A DNA stretch of 64,000 nt, from NCBI GenBank assembly GCA_003971905.1, contig RSEE01000003.1, positions 1,054,001 to 1,118,000 on the forward strand, given 5' to 3'. The stretch comes from Moniliella sp. 'wahieum' (Eukaryota). The position numbers were made by a program, and so were the translations under genes. The notes beneath the pieces were generated by a model. That model had not been told where the DNA came from. It made no database searches and saw only the letters and a program-made list of their open reading frames with translations. This document shows positions 25,801 to 38,399 of this stretch, in pieces. Every line of letters starts with the position of its first letter. The first letter of the stretch is position 1.

Positions 25801-26566
25801 GACGCGCTCAAAAATTGTCTCGCATGGTCTTCCCAATGGGTGAACGATGTTGACGCCGCTCTGAGCATCAACAGGAAGGATGGCTCGGTGCAGACGATGC
25901 GCTCGGCAGGGAACTCGCCTCGGACACGGGCCACGTAGAATTTGCGCACCCTACTCTGTTTAAAATCGCTTGCAAGCTCCTTGGCCGCTTGGTGGTAGTG
26001 GAGAGAACCATGACACCACTAGTGAGCCGATCCAGACGGTTGGCCGTGTACACCTTGGGCAAGCCAAGCTGGTGACGCAGCATCTCAATCAACGTCGAGT
26101 GGTGGTACCGCCCCGCCGAGTGAACGGGGATAGAGCCGGGCTTGACGACACCAGACGGCCCTCCGCGTCATTGCGATACAGGATGCGGATGGGGGCAGCG
26201 GTGACGGGGGGTTCGTGGCGGTGGACGCGGTTGACGAGACGGTCGTTGCCGTGGATGATGTGGCGGGGGCCTGCCTTCTGGCCATTGACGGTGCAGATGC
26301 CGCTGTGGATGGCCCAGAGGTAGTATTCCTTGTGTGCGGTCGCGGAACTCGTTGGTGTACACCTCGAGCAGTTCGCGGCCGATCCAGCGGGCCTTGGCAT
26401 GCGTCGCGTAGTCGTGCCAGTAAGGCACGATCTTCAGCAGCTGGAGCCCCAGCGCGGCGGGACTGTCGGAGGCGCGGAGCGGAGCGGAGGCATGGCTGGG
26501 CGCCAAGTCCGGAGGGGCGGGGGAAGTCCGGCCGTGCGCTTCGGCTACGCGGGCGGCTGCGGCCAT
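22896..26566 (-). CDS. RluA-family pseudouridine synthase (Rib2/Pus9-like) with a C-terminal THUMP/UPF0020-type SAM methyltransferase region (probable fusion)
   Basis: N-terminal half: KARWIGRELLEVYTNEFRDR, HRHEPPV, catalytic NRLDRLTSG, LGHPIANDPVYG, CPEC..IFLHAFKY. C-terminal half: LEPCVGWGRIPAE, YASDVD, DAVLTELPW, LRPGGRALV. Confidence 0.8.
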
Positions 26567-27602
26567 GCTGGACACGTCGCTTGTGGTGGGCAAGGCAGGA
26601 CGCAGTCCAACCACTAATTGCAGCCTGCTGTCGGGTGCGCGGAATTCGTCCTTGGAAAAAAAATAGTTGCGCCGGGCGGAATGGATGTGGGGCGACCGGC
26701 GCGCGAAGCATTGGACTCACCGAGTCGGGCTGCCAGCCAGGCCTCGCTTGCTTGCCTCCATATCTGCTCCCATCTTCGCCAAGTCGAGGCAACCGAAGAG
26801 CGCGCTGAGAATGCGCGCCTTTCAGCTTTGTCAGAGCAACTGCCATTGGGGGGTATGGTCATGGCAGCGCTTGGCCGCAAGGGAATGAACAAGATGCTCC
26901 AGTCCATCTGCTGTAACTAGTACACAACGACATCGTTGGTATCAACAATGGCCGCTGCGATTCTCCGCGCTCCATTCACATTGAAATGCTGCTGCAGTGA
27001 TCGCGTTAACATTTCCAAGGCCCAGGATGACGAGGGGGCGATGGAACGACCCCGTGTGCGTTTTGGCTTTGTAACTACTGCGGGTGGAGGAGACCCCGTG
27101 TGGAGCGCCGCATCCACCCTCGGACGATGTGTGGACAGCTATCGCATCGCCTCCAATGCCAACTTCATGCCCTGGCCCAAGACCATGTGTGCGACCCAGC
27201 CATCTTCCGAAGAGATTTTTGCTATCAGGTGGAGCGCATCAAGGCAGATGGGAGCGACTGGTTTGGCAACCGCCCCTTATATGCGATTACAAGATGGGAT
27301 GGACTGGGAGGATTGCAAGGGCATGGGATGGGATTGGGTGGAAGGGCAAGCGATCGCCGCGGTGGTGGGTACTTTCAGGACCTCGTAGCGGCGCATTGCC
27401 GGTTGCCGCGGCGGGAAATGAAAGTTGCAGCTTCTTGGTTGGGGGGCTGGGGCAGAGGGTTTGGGATGGGGCTGGCCACTACGTACTGCATCCCCGCCGC
27501 CCGGCCTTGGCGCCGCCCATCGCTTCTTCTCGCCGCGCCGACCCTGCTCTCTGATCTCCACCCGGCCCTCCCGGCCCCACCGCGCCGACCCCTGCTCCCG
27601 CC

Positions 27603-29463
27603 ATGCGAAGCCGTGCGAGCACCCTCGAGACCCCACCGCCGCGCCTGTCGACCTCTTCGTCGACACGCGCGACGCGCGCATCGTCGAGGAAGGAGGAGGA
27701 GCCGAGTCGGCCTCCTTGGGCACCAGTGACAGCCCCTTCTTTTTCTTCCTCCGCGACGGTCGCGACATATACCTCCGTACCATGTCGAGAATGTGTCGCA
27801 CATTGCGATTGATGTGGGTGGATCGCTGGCCAAGGTCGTCTTTTACCCACACTCCCCGCCCTCGCCCCCAGCCAGCCCTTGCCCCAGCCTGTGCCCTCCA
27901 CATCCACAGCCACAGCTGCAGCCACAGCCACCTCCACACCCACCGCCGTGCCACAGGGGCTGTTCTTCCGTCCCCCTCTCGCAGTCGACAGGCCAGCCCC
28001 CACTCAAAGCAGTCGAGTCGTTATCCGGAAGCGCCATCCTTGTCTCACCCCGCCCCGACCTGTCCAACGACGATCCCACTGCTTCCTTCGAACCCAAGCG
28101 CCTCGCCCGGGCCTGAAACGGCGAGCCAGCCGGAGCTCCTCTATGGATCTCCCTATTGCGGAGGAGGAGCTTACCCGCCCCCCTCCCGGGTGGACGGCTT
28201 AACTTTATCAAGTTTGAGACCGACAGGATTGATGAGTGCATTGCCTTTCTGAATGACCTGCTGGAGCGCTCGGCACAGGCCCATCGCATTCCCGTTGAGC
28301 AAATGCGGAACGGAGTGCGCCTAATGGCCAGGGGAGGGGCTCATAAATTTGAGCACCTGTTCCAACAACGTCTTGGTGTCGAAGTGTGCAAGGCGGACGA
28401 GATGGCGTGCCTGATCACTGGCTTGAACTTCATCACGCTCATTCCGGATGAGGTCTACTGGTACTCGACGAGCTCGTCTCCGCCCTCCATGCACCCCATC
28501 CACGCCCACGCTCACCAGGGAACATTCCTCTGCCTCGGGGGCAGCAGCCGATGCCGGCGCTCGTCCCCCCCCGCCGGTACAGGATCCATTGCCGCGTCCG
28601 TCGGCCAACCCGCCCTTGTACAAACCTGTGTTCGATTCGCACCCTTCGCCCAAGTTGCCCTGCTTGTAGTGAACATTGGCTCTGGGTGAGTATCATCAAG
28701 GTGGATGATCACGGCAAGTTTGAGCGGGTGTCGGGCACGTCGTTGGGGGGAGGAACATTGTGGGGACTACTCAGCCTTTTGACCGATGCGCAAGACTTTG
28801 ACGAAATGCTCGCCCTGTCGGAAAAGGGAGACAATGCTAATGTCGACATGGATGGTGGGCGATATTTATGGCAACGTTGGGTACAATGCGTTTGGACTCA
28901 AATCCACCACGATTGCTTCCTCCTTTGGTAAAGTCTTTCGTAAAGAAACCGACCCTCCCCTCTGCCTGCCTCCACTGCGGGCTCGCCTGCGCCCTTGGCA
29001 GAACGAAGGAGGCGCCGTTTTGCCCAGGAGGATATTTGCCTCTCCTTGCTCTACGCCATCTCCAACAACATTGGCCAGATTGCGTACGTTACCTGACCTG
29101 CCTCTGCTCTTCCTCTGCCTCTCCATTCCAAAATAAGCGCTTGATGATTAACCCGGATCGATGCTGCAGGTACATGAATGCCGCGAGAAGTACGAGCTGG
29201 ATCGGATTTACTTTGGCGGGTACTTTATTCGTGCCCACATGAGCACCATCTCTACCTTATCGTACGCCATTCGTTTCTGGTCCAAGGGCACCAAGCGAGC
29301 CCTCTTCCTTCGTCACGAGGGGTACTTGGGCGCGGTGGGCGCTTGGATCGCCAAGCCCGAGCAGGCCGGGGCTAGTCCTGCTCCTCCCAGCGCTGGACCG
29401 GACGAACTAGCCCAGGCAACTGCCCTGCTCAGCCTTCAAACGGAGACTCCGCCTCCGTCTTAA
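27603..29463 (+). CDS. CAB1: Type II (eukaryotic, fumble) pantothenate kinase
   Basis: [62 protein letters not shown] and [13 protein letters not shown]. Intron 29084-29169. Start approximate. Confidence 0.93.
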
Positions 29464-29893
29464 GCCAGACCCGAAGGCTTACCCTGAAACCAACCCTCCC
29501 GCTGCCTATCTTCGCTTCGCCGCTCATTAATATTGCGCCCCTTCTCTGTGTTGCACACACTTGCCAATGGAACCTTTGTGACGAGCCTGATGACCGGGCC
29601 TGATCGATCCGGTGCCGGTGATCGGCACTGCTCAGTAATGATGCATGATGATCGATGACCAGCACCTAGCTGCTAGCTTACCCTCTTGTTTCGTCATGTC
29701 CATTTTTCAACACCATATATGAATTGGGGATCACCTGCCCGCCGCTGCCCTTACCAATAGATACTTAGTTGATACGTTTTTCCTTTCTCTAGAGACCCAG
29801 TAAGCACAGCTTGCCAGCATCTATAGAAATCGCCAGGACGAGAATGGTACAGAGGAGCTTCATTGACAATTAGTAGCCTCGTTTTTTTGTATC

Positions 29894-31197
29894 TTACTGC
29901 TCCGAAACAATGACCGAAGCCATGCCCATGCCCGTGCCAATGCACATGGAAGTGACAATCAGCTGGGCCTTCTCGCGCTTGGCCTCAGCAAGCGCCGTCG
30001 CGATTTGACGCGAGCCCGTGGCACCCAGCGGGTGGCCCAATGCAATCGCACCACCGTTGGGGTTCACCTTTTCGTAGGGGAGCCAATCGTGTCAATGCTC
30101 ATAATGGCCTGCGAAGCAAACGCCTCGTTGATCTCGTAAATGTCAATGTCCTCCTTCTTGAGCCCGGTGAGCTCGAGGACACGCGGGATGGCAAACGCCG
30201 GGCCAATGCCCATCACATTGGGAGGCACACCCACCACCGCGGCAGTCACAAACTTGCCCAGAATGGGAAGACCCAGCTTCTTGGCCACACTCCGGCGCGC
30301 CAACAGCACCGCCGCAGCGCCATCGGACACTTGCGACGCATTGCCCGCGTGAGTGGCACCGTTCTTGTCAAACGCCGGCTTGAGCTTCTTGAGGCCCTCG
30401 GCCGTGACACCTTCACGAATGCCATCGTCGGCCGAGACGGTGCGTTGGTTGCCATCGTCATCCTCATACGTGACCGTCACAATCTCCGACTCGAACTTGC
30501 CGGCCTTTTGGGCGGCAAACGCCTTTTGCTGGCTCTTGGCCGCAAACTCGTCTTGCACCTCGCGCGAGACATTGTACTTTTTCGCCACATTTTCCGACGT
30601 GATGCCCATGGGCAAAAGACAGTCGCTCGCCTGCTCATTCTCCAGCACCGCGTCCGACATCTTTTCCGGCATCACCCCAGCGCCATAGTTCTGCGTCATC
30701 GACTCCACACCGGCGCCAATGCCAATGTCAATCTGGCCCATGGCAATCTCGTTGGCAATCTGGTTGACCGTAGCCAGGCCGGACGAGCACTGGCGGTTGA
30801 CCGTGTTGACGGCTGCCGTGTCGGGGATGCCAGCCCAGAGGGTAGCCATGCGAGCCACCGTGGCGCCACCGCCGGGCGGCAGCACATTGCCCACCGCAAC
30901 GTCCTGGATCAGTTTGGGGTCAATGCCCGATTGCTTAATGACCGCCTTCAACACATTGCCCAGCATCTCCTCGGGGCAGGCCTGAGCCAGGCCGCCCTTC
31001 TTGGCGCGGGTAATGGCCGTGCGCAGGGCAGAGACAATGACGACTGCGGGGAAGGACACCAAGACAGACCCAACACAGACACGAACACGAACACAAACGG
31101 TCAGTACCAGGAGCAGCACCGGCGCGGGTGCGGGGACTACGCACCGTCGTCGTCGTTCTTGGCGAGGATGGCAGTCTTCCTTGGGGATGGGCGACAT
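29894..31197 (-). CDS. POT1: 3-ketoacyl-CoA thiolase (Pot1-like)
   Basis: VNRQCSSGL (catalytic Cys), GNASQVSDGAAA, YEINEAFASQ, GHPLGATG and SMCIGTGMG. ATG at 31197, one intron ~31044-31144, TAA at 29894. Confidence 0.93.
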
Positions 31198-31869
31198 GGT
31201 GGGAAGGGGAGGAGGTGGGGTGGTGGGGGGGGCAAGGCGGCGTGACGGCGTGGTTCTTAAAAGCACTGGCGCTGCCTCGCACGCCGCGGCCCAGCAGCCG
31301 GTCGGCGCATCACCCTGCGCATCACGCTTGCGCGTGCCCCATCTGATTCGCACGCGGCGAGCCACAGCGCCAGTGTGCCTGCCCCGAGCGGCGGGTGCTA
31401 CGGCCTGCGGCCGGTTGCCGGTGCGCCAGCCTCCTGGGCCCAGTTTCACGCCGACCCGGGCGGAAATGCCCCGCGCGGAATGGGCGCAAGTACGCGGGGC
31501 ACGCATTTCAAGCGTGGCGCAGCCCACGCACACGCGTCCTGCACGGCCCCGCCGGCCCGGCGCCAGCCGGATGTGACGTCACATGCCCCAGCCCCCGGGC
31601 CGGGTGGCACGTGACAGTAGGGCACGGTTACTGTCACGTGCGCCTGTTGGCCAAGGGATGTATTGAACGTTCATGTGGGGGCTAAAGAGACTGAAACTTG
31701 AAGCCCATCTGGCTGGAGAACCTCCCACTCGTACCTGCCCATCTCGCGTTTATTGGTCTACTGGCCATGCCCTCCTCCCTGTTCTGCCCCTCGCCGCCCA
31801 TCCTCCTCGCACCCGACGCAGACCAAGCGATGATGAGCGCGAACCACATCCAAATTAACTCCGCTCCCT

Positions 31870-34800
31870 CTACACCGTCACCACCCCAGTTACTTGCGTG
31901 CCAGCGTCACCTTGCGACTCCCCAGCGACAGGCGCAGCTTGATCCCGATCCTGAGCCCCAGCCCGAACCCGAGCCGGAGCGCTGGGCTGCCGGGGGAGAG
32001 GCACGCGTCGTGCCATCCGTCGTGCCATCTGTCCCGGCTGGCGGAGAGGCCGTTGGAGCCGGGGCGACCGGTTTGGAATCTGCCTTGCGCACCGAGGGGT
32101 TCCCGCCCGCGTCCGGTCCAGGTAGGGGACCGTGTGCGCCGGTGCGCCTGGCAATGATCAAACGGAGACTGGTGTACCATCTTGTCCCACGCCTCGTCCC
32201 ACGCTTGTTGCAGTATACGCGCGTCCTCCCAGACCCAGCTGCCTTCTTGGTTGTAAGTCTGGGCGTTGCGCACCATCAGGTGGACATCTTGCGTTGCCGA
32301 CGTGAGGTCCTTGTACACACGCCCGTCGATCCGCCGTTTGATCTGGCGCATGCAGATCGGCTCGCGGATCAGGAGGCGGTAGTTGGGATACAGCTTGGCG
32401 CTGGGCAAGTCGATGAACAGCGCCGCCCTCGATCGGCCCGTCTCGTCTTTGCTCTGCAACAACGCGGCATAACATTGTGCCAGACCGCGCCGAATCAGAT
32501 CGCGCTCGCCTTTGCTGCCCGCATCCGACTTGCGCTTTTTGGTGCGGGCACGCTCAAGTTAGGGCTAGCTCCCGTCGAAGGCGTTTCCCGTTTCCGCTTG
32601 CCCGCCCCTTGAGGAGGCGAAGAAGGCGTAGAGCCAGTCCGGGACAGAGCGCCCAAGTCAGGGGAGCCAGAGGCCAGATCGGTCCTCCGATTTGCTCGGA
32701 CGCGGTCGGGCACGCGCCTCGCGCGCACGCTTCGCCTCAGCCACCGCCATTGGGTCCTGCTCGCTCTCAACCGCCGCAATGAACTGCGACTCGGTCAAGT
32801 TGTCGTCGTAGCGGACCACTGCGGCCGCCCTCCGGCGAGGCGCCAAGTCGTCCATCAAGGTAGGATCGTTGGCCGCCGCGACAGATGCATTGTACTCGTC
32901 TTCAAACGCTTGCTGGAAATGTTTGGGTAACTCAGCTTCGGTAATCAGGCGGGGCGGGTGGGCACCATGGCCTCCTCGGGCCACCCATTCGGCTTGATCC
33001 GCCTCCTCCCGCTCCGCGTCCATCTCGGTAAACCGGCTCTCTTCTTCCGACGAGCGGGCAAGAACGGCATTGATTGCCTCGTCGGACAATTCGCCTTCGC
33101 CTTCGCCCTCCTCCTCCTCTCCGGCCTCCAACATGGCCCGCAACAGCGTATCTCGCTCTTCGTTCGTTGCCGATTCGTGGAATCGGCCCGCTTGAATCAC
33201 CTTGCTGTCCATGTCGAGCTTGCGATGGGCAATCTCGAGGATTTTCTCCTCGACCGACTTTTCTGTCACCAGACGAAAGATGCGCACCTCCATCTTTTGC
33301 CCAATTCGATGCGCACGGTCTTGCGCTTGCAAGTCTTGATGCGGGTTGAAATCCGAGTCAAAGATGATCACCGTGTCGGCGGTCTGGAGATTGAGTCCCA
33401 ACCCGCCGGCACGGGTGGAGAGAATAAACATAAAGTAGGGCGAATCGGGCTTGTTGAATTCGGTCAGCATCGCCCCACGCTCGTCCTGTTTGGTCGCTCC
33501 ATCCAGACGAAGGTAGGTAAATCCACGGTAGCGCAAAAAGTCCTCCATAATGTCCATGATCTGGGTCATCTGGAAAAACATCAGCACCGATGGCCCGTGG
33601 CGCGAAGCTTGGGAAGGATTCGGTCCAACAGCTCAAACTTGCCCGATACGCGGTACAGATCCGGTCCGGTCGCTTTGGTGGGATTGACGGCCGCCTCTAC
33701 TTCTTCAAACACATAAGGGTGTTGGCAGATCTTGCGAAGTTGCATCAACATGTTCTGCAGCCCACGCAGTCCTCCCCCTGTTGTGCCGGCCGGCCGAGAG
33801 CCACCCAACTCAGCGCCAGTAAAGAGGGTTTTGTGCTTGGACATTTGGGTATAGAGCTTGGCCTGCAAGGCCGACTTGGCACACTTGATTACCTTCTCCA
33901 CCTTGTCGGGTAGCTCTGACTCGACATCCTTCTTGAGCCGACGTAGGAGGAAGGGGCGAAGGACCTTGTGCAGACGTTTGATAATCAGCAGCTGCTCTTC
34001 TTCGTTGAGCTGAATGCTCGTATCCCCGCCTCCAGCATTGGCAAAGGGCGTATTGAACCATTCGTCAAAACTCTTGACCGAATCAAAAATCTTGGGCAGG
34101 ACAAAGTTGAGCAACGCCCATAGCTCCGGTAGATTGTTTTGCAGTGGTGTCCCCGTCAACAGCAGGCGGTACCGCGAAGTGTAATACTGAGTAAGAGTAA
34201 CAGCAAGCTTAGAGGAAGCGTTCTTCATCCGATGGCCCTCGTCCATAATCATATGAATCCACTTGACTTTGCTGAGCAACTTCTTGTCGCGGATAATAAA
34301 CTCGTAGGTCGTCAAGAGTACTTGCCAATTGCCTGCCCGTACACGGGTTGCCAGCTCCTTACGATGGTTGGGCTGACCCTTGTATACCAGCACGCTCACA
34401 CTTGGCGCCCACTTGTGGAACTCGGAGACCCAATTTTGCAGTGTAGAGAGGGGAACGATGACCAGATACGGCGACGGCTGCCGCTTTTGCTCAATCAGAT
34501 ACGTGATCAGACTGATGGTCTGAATTGTCTTTCCCAACCCCATCTCGTCGGCGAGAATGCCGTTGAGATGGTTGTTGTAGAGCGACACCATCCACTGTAA
34601 CCCTTTGATCTGGTACTCCTTCAGCTCGCCACCGACCAGAATCGAAGGTTGCTTCGTCACCGTCTCGCGAATCCGATGGGCTGTACCATAGTCCACCTTG
34701 CCCGCACCTCCCCTTCGTCCATATCTTCCTCTGGCTGGGCAGCACGCGACGTCAACTCGTCCACTCCATCCGTACCGATCTGTTGGTGCACCTCATCCGA

Positions 34801-36445
34801 CTGCTGAAGTTGTACGGCATGCGCAAGATTGTCCAGATACTTGTCCGTCTGGCCCAAGAGATGAGCAATGCGGGTATCCTTGGCCGTGTCAATCAATTTG
34901 AGGTACGCCTCCTCATCATCAGCCCGGAGGGCTTGAAGACGTTCCTTGGCAATCTTCTCGATCCGTTTGGCCTCCTCCCGCTCCGCGTCACTATGGAGCT
35001 TGAGCAGACTGCGTGTCAAGCGCGTGTTGGCTAACTGAGCACTGCGATGCGCAGACAAGAGGCTGCTGCCGTGCTGGGTGATGGTGGAGAGGTAAGTGGT
35101 GTGTTTTTTTTTGCCTTCTTTTCGTCCTCGGCACGTTGCTTGCGCTCGAGCGATTCAGTCATTCGAGCCTCGCGCAGGGTCTGTTTGCGGAACTTGCGGA
35201 AGGCCGAACGGTCATTGACCAAGGTCGCCGCTTGATCCATGCTCTGCGCCACTTGTTCTCTCAGCTCCCGCTGCTTGGGCAAGAGCTGGAGCGACTTGAG
35301 CTCGATCAGGCGCGCAGCTTGGAACTTGCTAACGCATGTGCCGAACCATCTGCTGTTCCCCCGCCGTCACCCGCTTCCCGCTGCCACGGGAGTGAAGGAC
35401 GAAGAAGAAGAAGAGCCACTGGTGATGATGGAAGGCAGCGCCTCCAATTCGGCAATCCTTCTTTCGATCCGCGCCGCTACACATGCGTCTCGCTCTTGAA
35501 GTAGCAGCGCCGGATCTACCCCGGCCGGGAGCATGGTGGGCGTGATGAGAGCAGTATGGACCATGTTCTCAAACAGGGCGTTGTGGGGCGGGGGGAGGGT
35601 AGGGGTGGAGAGGTACGTGAACGGATAGGTGCGAGGATCGGAAGGGTAAGCCGCGTCGGGTGGTGCACCCACACGCGTGAGGATGGACGCATCCACCTGT
35701 TTCGGCTTGCCGTCTTCGCCCAGAGGAAGAAGCGAGATATCCTGTGTCTGGATGGCGTGGGCCAGCCGAGCGGCCAAATGCGACTCGGCCGCCACTTCGG
35801 CCACCTTGCCCCGGCACCAAGGCGGGACAGATCAGGCAACTGGGCCGTCAGCTTGGCCAGCGCCGCAGTGGGCGCAGTCATGGCGTTCTGGACCTGGGTC
35901 GGGAGGGGTACGCCCCGAACAAGCAGCTTGTACGCCTGCAGCTGCGCTTGCACCATCCGCACTTGCTCCGGGGCGAGCAGATTGGGAAAGCCGCCGCTTT
36001 CAGCCGAGGCAGGGCGAGGTGCGATCGGGGGGCGGGGCAGCAGCCGAGGTGGCAGCGCCGTCTTGCGTCGAAAGCGCCTGCGCTGCAGAAGAAGCGTCGC
36101 GTGCACGGGCCTGTGCCATGTGGCGCAGAGTGAGGAGCGCGGTGCGCAAGGCGGTGCACTCGGGGCCAGCCGGATCGCCGGTGCGTTCGAGCTCGCGCAG
36201 GCGCTGGGGAAGACGCGGGCGGGGGTCAGACGGGGGGCACGGGCAGGAGGAGGAGGGGGGACGCACAGCTACCATGGTGCGGACCTGCTCGGGGTCCATC
36301 GTGGGGCGCTGTGGACGGGGGGCGGAGGGGCGGGCGCAGGCGGGGGAGCAGACGGGGGAGCAGACAGGGGCGACGGGCGGGTGGAGGAGGTGGTGGCAGG
36401 ATGCGGGGGCTGAATGCCGGCGGGCGGGGCGCTGGCTGCGGCCAT
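31870..36445 (-). CDS. SWI/SNF-RSC catalytic ATPase (Snf2/Sth1/BRG1 subfamily)
   Basis: QLQ-like [14 protein letters not shown] helix, [47 protein letters not shown], a SnAC region, and a bromodomain ([17 protein letters not shown]). End approximate. Confidence 0.95.
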
Positions 36446-36731
36446 GGCGGGCGCACGATCGACACGGGCGCGGGCACTTACTTGGGCTTGGGCTGGCGCG
36501 GCGCGTGGCTGTCCAGCGTGCGCCCAGCAGCTCCGGTCTCTGGCCTCGCCGGGTGGTCGCCACCGTCCCGCGCAGCCCATCCGCTCGCAGCGCCTTCGCT
36601 GGCTTACGTCAGCGGCTGTCTTCCGCCCGCCTGTTCCGCCGCCCCTGCTGCAACATTGCATGCGCCGCTCGAGCCCCGAGCCCCCCGGAGACGCCGGCCA
36701 CGCCCCCCCCAGACGACGCACCGCCACCGCC

Positions 36732-38082
36732 ATGCCGCGCCCGCCCCTCGGCCTGGCCGGCCTTGTGCTGCTCAGCGTCGCCGCCAGCGCCCTCGTTTTC
36801 TCCGCCCCCTCAACGGGCCCTGGCAGGAGTCCGAGTTCATCGCCATGATGGGCCCCGTCCACATCCGCCGCTTCCTCGACCTGCCCCCCACGGCCGGCAC
36901 CTGGGCCTCCTTTGTCGGCCCGCTCGGCGCCCAGAGCCCTGTCCAGCGCACCTGGGACGCCGCCATGGACTTTTTCTGGTCCATTCTTGTTGTCTTTCGC
37001 AACATGTTCCGCACCCGTCTCGCACGCGGGGAGATGCTGTTGCTGACGGTGGCTGCTGCCCCCGTCGTGACGTCGATCTTTGTCGACGCACTGCGCGACA
37101 GCAGTGCCACGCTCGCCGCCGTCTTGGTCGGCACCCTGGTCCTCTCCCTGGGCCAAGTCATCACCATTGGCGCTGCACTGACCCTGTTCTACGTGCCGTA
37201 CTACGCGTGGCAGCGGGTGCGCCAAGTGCGCTCGGACCCGCAAGCCATCTATCCCTCGCCGCCGCCACCGTCGGTTTCGCTCCTGTGGCTCCGTCTCGTG
37301 CTTCTGGCCGTAGCCGGTATCACATTTAGTACCACCTTTATCAATGTGGCCCGCACAGAATGGGTGTGGACCAACATACTGTTCCAGTTCTACCCGCTTG
37401 CCTTCCTCCCCCTCGCACTCTGGCCTTGGCTTCGCACCCGCCTCGGCCCGGCCGGAGCCAAGGTGACCAACACCACCCCGACCGATGACGGCAGTGTGAT
37501 TGTGTTTGCGAACCGGCAGGCCGCCTCCTTGTACCAAGGCATTTCGCTCCTGTTGTTGGTAGGGTACTGGTTCAGTCTCGCGCTGTTGTACCCGGTTGCC
37601 AAACCCGTTCTGGCCTCCCTCTTCACAGGCTACCGGACGTACTGAACGCGCCGCTGCTCGTCGCGGACCCGCGCAGTTACCTCTCTCGTGTCCACACCCT
37701 TGTCAAGGACGGTGGCGTGGTCACGATGGCGAGTGGTTGCTGGCGTTTGACATTTTGGCATTGTCACGGCCCAGTACCTCCTGGTCCTCATCGATGCCTA
37801 CATCGACGACTGGCACCACTCGCTTCGGAACAAGGGACAACGGATCCACGCGCCTCGCTTTGTAGCGGAAGATGTACGTCCGGCACCCCTCCCCTGCCTC
37901 TAAGCTCAGCACCAGAGGCTCAACGAAGTACTAACCCCTGTGTCGATTAGCTGTTGGTGGGACTACCGGCCATCGCTCTGCTCGGCCCGGGCGTGGCCTA
38001 CGCGCGCTACCTCCAGCGCAGGGAAACCGAGGCGGAGAAGGCACGCTTCCAACTCCTCTCGGGCGCAAGTAAGGAAGAATAA
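36732..38082 (+). CDS. Uncharacterised multi-pass membrane protein
   Basis: About 7-8 hydrophobic helices. Probable introns ~37639-37707 and 37874-37950 (GTACGT..ACTAAC..TAG). Last exon LLVGLPAIALLGPGVAYARYLQRRE...KEE*. Confidence 0.65.
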
Positions 38083-38399
38083 AAAAAGCAAGCGCATCCC
38101 CCGCATCACGGTACTAACCCTCTCCCGGCTACATCGACGCATACTGAAGGCTCATGGCTCATGCATCGTGTCGCCCCCTTGCTAAATTACGAACTCAATT
38201 CAAACAGTCCGCGCACCCCTCGTAGGGCACCGAGGGACATGTAGCATCCTGTGGTCCAGGCAGGAATCCCGCCCAAGTCAGTCTGATGGACTGTAAGTGG
38301 ATAGTGTGCAAGGCACTGAACTAGAGCAGCGCAGCCGAGTGCAATTTGTAGATGGATGAAAGGTGCGTGCATAAGCAAACACGCAAACGAATGAAACTA

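Noticed and set aside
29588..29630. CTGATGA followed by a stem (hammerhead-like)
   Set aside because: No GAAA core after stem II.
27603..31197. Pantothenate kinase next to thiolase as a CoA gene cluster
   Set aside because: Only two convergent housekeeping genes, so the adjacency is plausibly chance.
30040..37537. Long antisense/alternate-frame ORFs (e.g. 30040-31245 +, 35677-37329 +, 36269-37537 -)
   Set aside because: Shadow ORFs of GC-rich genes identified on the other strand or frame.
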